Source: Thermoanaerobaculia bacterium
Lineage (GTDB): Bacteria; Acidobacteriota; Thermoanaerobaculia; UBA5066
Length of the DNA stretch: 64,000 nt
NCBI GenBank assembly: GCA_963719225.1
Contig: CAVRAY010000001.1
Span: 2,368,001 to 2,432,000 of the forward strand
Direction: 5' to 3'
In this document: in pieces, positions 57,130 to 64,000 of the stretch
Layout of the letters: every line of letters begins with the position of its first letter
How positions within the stretch are numbered: position 1 is the first letter of the stretch
The notes under the pieces: model-generated
Seen by the model: only the letters and a program-made list of their open reading frames with translations
Database searches by the model: none
What the model was told of the DNA's origin: nothing
Translations under genes and position numbers: made by a program

Positions 57130-58090
57130 TTTCTCCGAATTCCCTCGATTTCTGCGCGTCCGCAAGAAGAGCTGTTGCCGACTCGGCGAGGGCTTCCGCG
57201 CTCGGCGCGACGACGCGGCCGTTCTCCCTGTCGACGACGAACTCCAGCGGCCCGCCCGAGTCCGTGCACGTCACGACGGGCTTCTTCGACAGGAACGCCT
57301 CGAGCGCGATGTAGCCATAGTCCTCGTCGGCCGGCGGAAAGATCACGACACCGCAGGTCGCGTAGAGACCGAGGAGCTCGTCGTCGGACACGCGCCCGGC
57401 GAAGCGAATTTCGGCGCCGCTCTTTCCGGCAAGAGCTTCCAACCTGGCGCGGTCGGCGCCGTCACCCGCGATGACGAGCCGGAATCTCCCGGCTGCGGCC
57501 GCCGCGATCGCGAGATCCACCCGCTTCCACGCGTCGAGCCGGCCGGCCACGAGCGCAAATCCTCTCGAGACCTCGCACCGATAGCGTCCCGCGAGCGGCG
57601 GCGGATGATAGAGAGCCTCCGCCTCGATCCCGTTGAACCGCGCGAGCCGGTCCGCGGTGTTCTTCGCGTTCGTGAAGATCTTGCGCGCTTCCGAGAGGCC
57701 CGTGCGATCCGCTTCGGCGATCAGCTCGCGCCAGCGCGAGTCCTCGGGCGAGGCGGTGAAATCGCTCTGGGAGGTGCCGAAGCGGTCGTAGGCCTGGCGG
57801 AACTGATGGATCAGCCAGACGACCTTGTTCTCGTGCCTCACGAGGTAGGACGGGAACTTCATGGGGATGACGAGATCGACGCGCTTGCCGTCCGCTTCCG
57901 AAACGTCGAGAAGCCTCCACGCGAGCGCCGAGGTCAGAATCTCCGCGCGCGGGTACCACTTGAACGGAAGGCGCACGAGGTCGGCCTCGTGACCGGAGGC
58001 GGCGATCTCGCGCACGAGCCCCTCGGCGTGACGTTCGGCGCCGCCGGAGGAGAACGGCACCTGCGCCGTGCAGACGAGGACGCGCGCCAT
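57053..58090 (-). CDS. Glycosyltransferase family 4
   Basis: GGAERH, KFPSY, GRLDAWKR, EDYGYIALEA, SGGPLEFV. Confidence 0.9.
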   Translation of the reverse strand: MARVLVCTAQVPFSSGGAERHAEGLVREIAASGHEADLVRLPFKWYPRAEILTSALAWRLLDVSEADGKRVDLVIPMKFPSYLVRHENKVVWLIHQFRQAYDRFGTSQSDFTASPEDSRWRELIAEADRTGLSEARKIFTNAKNTADRLARFNGIEAEALYHPPPLAGRYRCEVSRGFALVAGRLDAWKRVDLAIAAAAAGRFRLVIAGDGADRARLEALAGKSGAEIRFAGRVSDDELLGLYATCGVVIFPPADEDYGYIALEAFLSKKPVVTCTDSGGPLEFVVDRENGRVVAPSAEALAESATALLADAQKSREFGERGFERVRGISWENAVRALLDAGGIR

Positions 58091-58098
58091 CCCTTCCC

Positions 58099-59445
58099 CT
58101 ACTTCACGCCCGTGACGGCGTAATCCTGCGGGGCGAAAAGAAGGCGCGCGAGCGGTGCGAACCGTGGGTCGTCGGCGAGACCCCTGGGCAGCCCCTCCGA
58201 CTCCGGAACGGGAGAGCGGAAGCCCACTTCGACGTCCCGGAACCCGGACGCCGTCAGGAGCCGTGCGAGCGAAGGCGCGGGGACCGGCCTCACGTGCGTG
58301 AGGTCCATCCAGAACCAGCGCATCGCATAGACGGACTCGGGATTGATCGTCTCGAAAAGCACGCGGCCGGTCGGCGCGAGCTTCCGGAGGGCGAGCTCCA
58401 CGAGGTCGAAGAGGGACGCGGCCGGAAGGTGCTCGACGACCTGGAAGGCCGTCACGCCCCCGAGTGAGGAGTCCGCGCGGGCAGCGAGCCACGTGAAGAG
58501 GTCGGCTTGATCCACCGCGAGCTTCTTCTCTTTCGCGCGCGCGGCCATCACGGGGTTCGCGTCGCAGCCGATCGCGGCGACTCCCTCGGCGGTCAGAGCC
58601 TCGAGGAACTCTCCGCGCCCGCAGCCGAGGTCGGCGACGGGCCCGGGCGCGCCGCGAAAACGGGCGGCGTCGCTCGCCTGGCGGGCACGAATCTCCTCTT
58701 CGCTTCCCCGGAAATGCTCCTCGAAGTCGGCGTAGAGACCCGCGCGCAGGGGGTCGTCGGCACGCACCGCGGAATCCGCAGCCTGCCCACGCGCGACGGG
58801 TGAGGGCCGGGCTTCGGAGAGGTTCTGCAAATTGCTTCGAAGGGAGGACCAATCGAGGCGCAGCATCCGGAGGCCTTCGTTCGCCTCTTCGACCTTTCCA
58901 AGAATCCCCCGGGTTTCCTCCGCCGACCGTTCCCTCTCCCGCGCGAGCGCCTCGAAGCGCTGGTCGCGGTCCTTTTCGAGCGCGTCCAGCCGGCGCTGGC
59001 TCGCTCGGAGCTCCTCGCCCGCGCTCTCGCGTGCTTCGCTCTCGCGCGCGAGCCGCGCGTTGAAGCCTTCGTCGCTCTCCGTGATCTGCCGCAGGACGGC
59101 CTCCGTCTCGAGAAGCGCGCCGCGGAGGGATTCGAGGAGCGCGGAGTTGAATGTCGTCTGGTCCCGCGTGACGATCCTGAGGACGCGCAGCAGCGCGGCC
59201 TTGAGCGGCCGCAGAGAGGCGCCGGCCGGCAGCACGGGGGCGACGAAGCGTCCCGCGTTTTCCAGCATCGTTCGCGGCCCCGTGTACGCGGGGACGCCCG
59301 GCGAGGGGGCGGACCGTTGGGCCGGCGCGTTCGTCGGCGCGAGACCCGAGCCGGAGAAAGCCGCGAGCGACGTGATCTGCTCCGCAAGCTCGGCGGCCAG
59401 GGCCGCGACGTCGCGTTTCGCCGCGTCCTCGGGCTTTCCGCTCAT
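58099..59445 (-). CDS. Class I SAM-dependent methyltransferase with N-terminal coiled coil
   Basis: FEEHFRGS, DLGCGRGEFL, FQVVEHL, ETINP, DLTH. Confidence 0.88.
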   Translation of the reverse strand: MSGKPEDAAKRDVAALAAELAEQITSLAAFSGSGLAPTNAPAQRSAPSPGVPAYTGPRTMLENAGRFVAPVLPAGASLRPLKAALLRVLRIVTRDQTTFNSALLESLRGALLETEAVLRQITESDEGFNARLARESEARESAGEELRASQRRLDALEKDRDQRFEALARERERSAEETRGILGKVEEANEGLRMLRLDWSSLRSNLQNLSEARPSPVARGQAADSAVRADDPLRAGLYADFEEHFRGSEEEIRARQASDAARFRGAPGPVADLGCGRGEFLEALTAEGVAAIGCDANPVMAARAKEKKLAVDQADLFTWLAARADSSLGGVTAFQVVEHLPAASLFDLVELALRKLAPTGRVLFETINPESVYAMRWFWMDLTHVRPVPAPSLARLLTASGFRDVEVGFRSPVPESEGLPRGLADDPRFAPLARLLFAPQDYAVTGVK

Positions 59446-59485
59446 GCGTCGCTTATATTAAGCGCGAATGATCGGAAGGAGACTC

Positions 59486-59608
59486 ATGGAGAAGCTTCGG
59501 AGCACGGCGGCGCGCTACGACTACCTGATTCCGTGGCTCGTGCTCGTCCTCGTCGTGGGGATCACGGCAGGCGTCCTTCAGGTCCTCATCGTCAAGCTGC
59601 TGCGCTGA
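59486..59608 (+). CDS. Small single-pass membrane protein (40 aa)
   Basis: RBS AAGGAGA; MEKLRSTAARYDYLIPWLVLVLVVGITAGVLQVLIVKLLR; genome-typical GC3-rich codons. Confidence 0.65.
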   Translation: MEKLRSTAARYDYLIPWLVLVLVVGITAGVLQVLIVKLLR

Positions 59609-60686
59609 CGCGGGCGTCTCGGGCGAGGGAGCGCAGCACGCGAACGAGCATCACCCCCACGGCGAGCGCCATCGGACCGACGAAGACCCCCAGGAGCCCG
59701 AACGCCGGTATTCCCCCGAAAACGCCCAGGAAGACCATGAGGGTCGAGAGATCCGAGTCCTTTCGGCCGATGAGGAGAGGCTTGAGGACGTTGTCGGCGA
59801 GCAGGGACGTGACGAGCACGTTCCAGAGCAGAAAGCCGATCGCCATCCCCGTGCGACCCTGAATGAACAGTGCGACGAGACCGGGCAGCCAGACGATGGC
59901 CGTCCCTCCCACGGGAAGGAGCGAGAGGACCCCCATCGCGACGCCCGCGAGAATCGCGGAAGGAAGGCCGGCGGCCGCCCACGAGAGCCCGCCGGAGGCG
60001 CCCTGCACCATGGCGCATACGAGCGAGCCCTTGAAGATGGCCTCGAGCATTCCACCCAGAGACTGGACGATCCGGTGGCGCTCCGCATCCTCGATCGGAA
60101 AAAGGTCGCTGACCGCCTCCGCCAGGTCCTCTCCGTCGATCAGCAGGAAGAAAAGCAGGAAGAGCGTCAGGAAGAAGTTGATCAGCGCCTCGAGAAAGGA
60201 CAGCGCAACGTCGCCGCTCTTGGCCGCGAGAAACGCCGACGCCTTCGTCGCGAACTCGGCTCCCCGCGCCTGCATCTCGTCCGAGGAGAGACCCGTGCGC
60301 GTCTCGATCCACGTCAGCGCCGGCCCGACCCCCGGCAACGTCGCGAGATCGCCGAGCGTCCGCAGCTCGCGGGCGCGAAGCTTCTCCCCGATCGCCGTGA
60401 CCGCGGCGGAGGCCTGATTCACGATCGCCTTGCCGAGGAGAACGGCCGGAAGCAGGACCACGATCCCCGTCGAGATCGAGAGGATGGCCGCCGTCAGGCC
60501 TGGCCGCCCCGGCACGCGCGCCTTGAAGCGCCCCCACAGGGGCCAGAGAGCGACCGCGAGGATGACACTCCAGGCGATCGACGTCAGGAACGGGCGGAGG
60601 ACGACGAAGCAAAGAATCCCCGTCCCGAGGACGAGGAGAAAAAAGAAGGCTAGCGGGTAGGTACGGCCCTCTGCGCGCGCGGTCAT
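59592..60686 (-). CDS. AI-2E family transporter
   Basis: PFLTSIAW, FFLLIDGE, LPVGGTAIVW, DNVLKP, FGLLGVFVGP. Confidence 0.92.
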   Translation of the reverse strand: MTARAEGRTYPLAFFFLLVLGTGILCFVVLRPFLTSIAWSVILAVALWPLWGRFKARVPGRPGLTAAILSISTGIVVLLPAVLLGKAIVNQASAAVTAIGEKLRARELRTLGDLATLPGVGPALTWIETRTGLSSDEMQARGAEFATKASAFLAAKSGDVALSFLEALINFFLTLFLLFFLLIDGEDLAEAVSDLFPIEDAERHRIVQSLGGMLEAIFKGSLVCAMVQGASGGLSWAAAGLPSAILAGVAMGVLSLLPVGGTAIVWLPGLVALFIQGRTGMAIGFLLWNVLVTSLLADNVLKPLLIGRKDSDLSTLMVFLGVFGGIPAFGLLGVFVGPMALAVGVMLVRVLRSLARDARVSAAA

Positions 60687-60731
60687 CGGACGGGAAGGAT
60701 CATACGAAATGGCTTGCTAGACTGAAGTGTC

Positions 60732-61697
60732 ATGCGGCCCGCCCCCTCGTGCGCTCCGCGCCAGCCGCCACCCCCTCTCCCCGACGATCCCGCCGGCCTT
60801 TCCAGGGCCGCGATCGAGTCGGCGCTCGCGCACGGCTTCGCCGCCGCCGGCATCCTCGCGGTGACGCGGCCGCTCTCGTTCGACAGGTACCGCGCGTGGC
60901 TCGAGAGCGGATTTCACGGGGAGATGGCGTATCTCGACCGTGACGCGTCCGCGCGCGAGCGCTTCGATTCGATTCTTCCCTACACGCGGGCGGTCCTCGC
61001 GGTCGCGCGCGCCGTGGAGGGCCGCGGGCCGGGCAACGTCGCGCAGTTCGCGCGAGGCGAGGACTACCACCGCGTGGTGCGCAGGTACCTGAAGGCCGTC
61101 ATCGAGGATCTTCGCCCGATCGCCCCCCGCGGCACGCATTTCCGGGTCTGCGTCGACACGGCGCCCCTTCTCGAACGGGACATCGCGGTGCGCGCGGGTC
61201 TCGGCTTCCTTGGCAGAAACGGGCTCTTGATCGTCCCGGGTCTCGGCTCGCACGTGGTCCTCGGAGAGGTCCTGACGGACGCCGCTCTCGCGCCGACCGC
61301 TGCGCCCGCCGATCCGGGCGCGGACCGCTGCGGGACGTGCACGGCCTGCCTCGACGCGTGCCCGACGGCCGCCTTCGTCGCGCCGCGCGTCCTCGATGCG
61401 CGGAAATGCATCTCGTACCTCACGATCGAGAAGAGGACGCCCTTCGCGCCGGAAGAAGAGGCCGCGCTCGAGGGCCGCCTCTTCGGATGCGACGTGTGTC
61501 AGGACGTCTGTCCGTTCAACGCGGCCCGCGGCGTCGCGCCTGGAGGACCGGCGGCCTCACTCGACCCCGAGGAGGTCCTCGCCCTCGGAGCAGACGGCTT
61601 TCGGGCGCGCTTCTTCGGCTCGACGATCTGGCGGGCGACGCACGAAGGCCTCGCGCGGAACGCGTCGGCGGCTCTCCGCCGCGAGGCGTCCCGATGA
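60732..61697 (+). CDS. queG: Epoxyqueuosine reductase
   Basis: GFHGEMAYL, ARGEDYH, VDTAPLLER, CGTCTACLDACPT, CISYLTIE, GCDVCQDVCP. Confidence 0.93.
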   Translation: MRPAPSCAPRQPPPPLPDDPAGLSRAAIESALAHGFAAAGILAVTRPLSFDRYRAWLESGFHGEMAYLDRDASARERFDSILPYTRAVLAVARAVEGRGPGNVAQFARGEDYHRVVRRYLKAVIEDLRPIAPRGTHFRVCVDTAPLLERDIAVRAGLGFLGRNGLLIVPGLGSHVVLGEVLTDAALAPTAAPADPGADRCGTCTACLDACPTAAFVAPRVLDARKCISYLTIEKRTPFAPEEEAALEGRLFGCDVCQDVCPFNAARGVAPGGPAASLDPEEVLALGADGFRARFFGSTIWRATHEGLARNASAALRREASR

Positions 61698-62515
61698 GCG
61701 GGACGCAGCTCGTCGTCGCGGGGATCTTCGTCCGCGAAGGACGGCTCCTCATGTCGCGCCGGCCGGACCGCGGGGCGTGGCCGGGGCTCTGGGAGCTGCC
61801 CGGCGGCAAGGTCGAGGACGGGGAGACGCCGGAAGAAGCGCTCGTGAGGGAATGGAAGGAGGAGATGGACGTCACGCCGCTTGCGCTCGCGCCCTGGAGG
61901 TTCGAGACCATCGCGGGGGCGGTGCCGGGAGGCTCCTCGCAGCACGTGACGCTGTTGTTTCTTCGAATTGGGGGGTTGGCCGGCGTGCCGCGCGCCGCCG
62001 CCGTGGACGCCGTGAGGTTCTCGCCCGCGGCGGAGGCCCGCCTTCTCCCCACGCCGCCCGGCGACGCCGCGGCCCTGCGTCATCTCCTCGAGGAGGCCGG
62101 GGGCGGCGACTTCGCGAACACCGAGTCCGACGAAGGGCGGGACCTCGTTCGCGCGCTCGCCTCCCGCTCCCCCTTCATAGAAAACTCCGAATCGATCTCT
62201 TCGATCCGCGCCCTGGCGTTCGACAAGCCGCGGAAGAACGGCGCGGGCGTCGTCTCCGGCCTCCTCGTCGCGACGCCGGACGGTGCGCGCGCCTACCGCA
62301 ACGTCTGCCCCCACGTCTCGATCCCTCTCGACCGCGGCGGCGAGCCTCTTCTCACGGTCGACGGTCTCTTCCTGGTCTGCCGCAACCACGGCGCCCTCTT
62401 CGCGCCGGAGGACGGGTTCTGCGTGGCCGGGCCGTGCGAAGGCGAATCTCTCGTCCCGCTTCCGATCGCGCGGCGCGGGACCGGTTGGGCTCTCGACGAT
62501 GAAGGCACCCGATGA
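61694..62515 (+). CDS. NUDIX hydrolase (MutT-like) fused to Rieske 2Fe-2S domain
   Basis: Nudix box WELPGGKVEDGETPEEALVREWKEEM; Rieske CPH...CRNHGALF...GPC. Confidence 0.85.
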   Translation: MSGTQLVVAGIFVREGRLLMSRRPDRGAWPGLWELPGGKVEDGETPEEALVREWKEEMDVTPLALAPWRFETIAGAVPGGSSQHVTLLFLRIGGLAGVPRAAAVDAVRFSPAAEARLLPTPPGDAAALRHLLEEAGGGDFANTESDEGRDLVRALASRSPFIENSESISSIRALAFDKPRKNGAGVVSGLLVATPDGARAYRNVCPHVSIPLDRGGEPLLTVDGLFLVCRNHGALFAPEDGFCVAGPCEGESLVPLPIARRGTGWALDDEGTR

Positions 62516-63789
62516 CGGGAACCCTTCTCCTCGTCCTCTATCTGCTCTGCGCGGCCGCGTCCGCCTTCTTCGCATCCGCCGAGACGGCGATCACTTCCCT
62601 GACCGACGCCGCGATCTTCCGCATGAAGAGCGCGGGCGAGAAGAGCGCCGAGCGTCTCGAGCGCATGCGGGACGAGCTCCCGCGCACGCTCGGAACCCTC
62701 CTCGTCGGGAACACGCTCGCGAACGCCGCCGCCGGTTCGCTCGGCGCCGGCCTCGCGATCTCGGCGTTCGGAGAGAAATGGGGCGTCCTCGTCGCGACCG
62801 TCGTGACGACCCTTCTCCTCCTCGTGGTCTCGGAAGTCACGCCGAAGACGCTTGCCGCGCGGAGGCCCGAACAGGTCGCGGCCCTCTTCGTCGGTCCGAT
62901 CTCGTTTTTCGTCCGCCTCCTCGCGCCCCTGACGCACCTCCTCTCGGCGATCGCGCGGTGGATCCTCGGCCCGTTCGGCGCCGACGAGCCGGCGGACGTC
63001 ACCGGCGAGGACGTCAAGAGCGTCATCAACCTGTCCCGCGAGCAGGGCGGCCTCAAACGCGAGGAGAGCGAGCTCCTCCACGCGGTTCTCGCGTTCGGCC
63101 AGACGCCCGTCAAGGAAGCCATGGTGCCGCGCGCGCGCATCGTCCTCCTCCCGGTCCTCGCCACGTTCGAGCAGGTCGAGGCCGTTTGCCGCGAGCATCG
63201 CTACAGCCGCTATCCGGTCTTTCGGCAGAATACCGACGACATCATCGGGATTCTCCACGTGAAGGACCTCTTCGACGTCTCGGACGCCGACGAAAAGACG
63301 TTCGAGATGAGCCGTCACCTGCGTCCCGCGGTGTTCGTGCCCGAGCTCAAGCGATCCGAGGATCTCTTCAGGGAGATGCGTCGCCGCCGGTTCCACATGG
63401 CGGTCGTGGTGGACGAGAGCGGCGCCGTGGCCGGCCTCGTCACGCTGGAGGACCTCATCGAGCAGATCGTGGGCGACATCTTCGACGAGCACGACGAGCC
63501 GGCGGGACGCCCCGAACGCGACGGCACGTCGCTCCTCGTCGAAGGCGCGTATCCTCTGGCGTCGCTCGAGCGCGATCTGGGGGCCTCGTTCGACGACCCG
63601 GACGACGAGACGGTCGCCGGCCTTCTCCTTCGGAAGTTCGGGCGCATTCCAAGAGCCGGAGCCCGCACACGGGAAGGCGAGATCGAGTTTCTCGTCGAGC
63701 GCGCCTCGCCCCGCGCCATCGAGCGCATCCGCATCCTCCGCGTTCCGGCGGCTCCCCAGGCCGTGCCGGCCGACGCACGAAAGGCCTGA
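62512..63789 (+). CDS. CNNM/HlyC-CorC family transporter (DUF21-CBS-CorC)
   Basis: SAFFASAETA, SEVTPK, MVPR, YSRYPV, VVDESG, TLEDLIEQIVGDIFDEHD. Confidence 0.92.
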   Translation: MTGTLLLVLYLLCAAASAFFASAETAITSLTDAAIFRMKSAGEKSAERLERMRDELPRTLGTLLVGNTLANAAAGSLGAGLAISAFGEKWGVLVATVVTTLLLLVVSEVTPKTLAARRPEQVAALFVGPISFFVRLLAPLTHLLSAIARWILGPFGADEPADVTGEDVKSVINLSREQGGLKREESELLHAVLAFGQTPVKEAMVPRARIVLLPVLATFEQVEAVCREHRYSRYPVFRQNTDDIIGILHVKDLFDVSDADEKTFEMSRHLRPAVFVPELKRSEDLFREMRRRRFHMAVVVDESGAVAGLVTLEDLIEQIVGDIFDEHDEPAGRPERDGTSLLVEGAYPLASLERDLGASFDDPDDETVAGLLLRKFGRIPRAGARTREGEIEFLVERASPRAIERIRILRVPAAPQAVPADARKA

Positions 63790-63794
63790 AACAC

Positions 63795-64000
63795 GTGACC
63801 GAATCTCCTCGTGTCGTGACCCTGATCCCCGGCGACGGCATCGGACCCGAGATCACCGCCGCCGTGTCCGCCATCCTCGAGGCCGCCGGAGCCGGCCTCG
63901 CCTGGGAGCGCCAGGACGCCGGAGAGGCGAGCATCAAGGTTTCCGGGATGCCGCTTCCTCCCGCCACGATCGCCTCCATCCGGCGGACGAAGGTCTGTCT
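63795..64000 (+). CDS. Isocitrate/isopropylmalate dehydrogenase family protein (partial, runs off right edge)
   Basis: Manual translation from GTG: ...VTLIPGDGIGPEITAAVSAIL... Confidence 0.85.
   Translation, partial: MTESPRVVTLIPGDGIGPEITAAVSAILEAAGAGLAWERQDAGEASIKVSGMPLPPATIASIRRTKVC

Overview
GC-rich bacterial chromosome segment; gene content and a lineage-typical secreted protein suggest Acidobacteriota, possibly Thermoanaerobaculia (inference). Left 9 kb is accessory: decayed aldo/keto reductase and F420-reductase fragments, ABC1 kinase, VOC protein, tRNA-Pro(GGG), a vapBC-type TA pair, a FAD oxidase and a large TPR-like orphan. Then: merR-family gene, der and rnr; a putative amidase toxin/immunity pair behind tRNA-Leu(CAG); an ACP/FabG/FabD-like/dehydratase/deacetylase/GT2 locus with a sugar ABC transporter; a nuo operon (A,E,F,G,H,J,K,L,M,N; no B,C,D,I) with rex and a Rex-like box; glgP; MFS/ABC/TolC transporters; the ffh-rpsP-rimM-trmD-rplS-rnhB block; glycosyltransferases; queG, a NUDIX-Rieske fusion, a CNNM/CorC protein and the start of an isocitrate/isopropylmalate dehydrogenase. 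The most striking signal is not a gene. An AT-rich motif (CYTTCTAAGAAATC, palindromic core TTCTWAGAA, homopurine/homopyrimidine flanks) recurs as about a dozen inverted pairs, always GATTTCTTAGAAAG-like on the left and CTTTCTAAGAAATC-like on the right, about 35-290 bp apart. It is written into coding sequences in several frames with rare codons, into stop codons and into intergenic DNA. No CRISPR array, rRNA, integrase or transposase was seen. All calls are from reading the sequence; no database searches were run.
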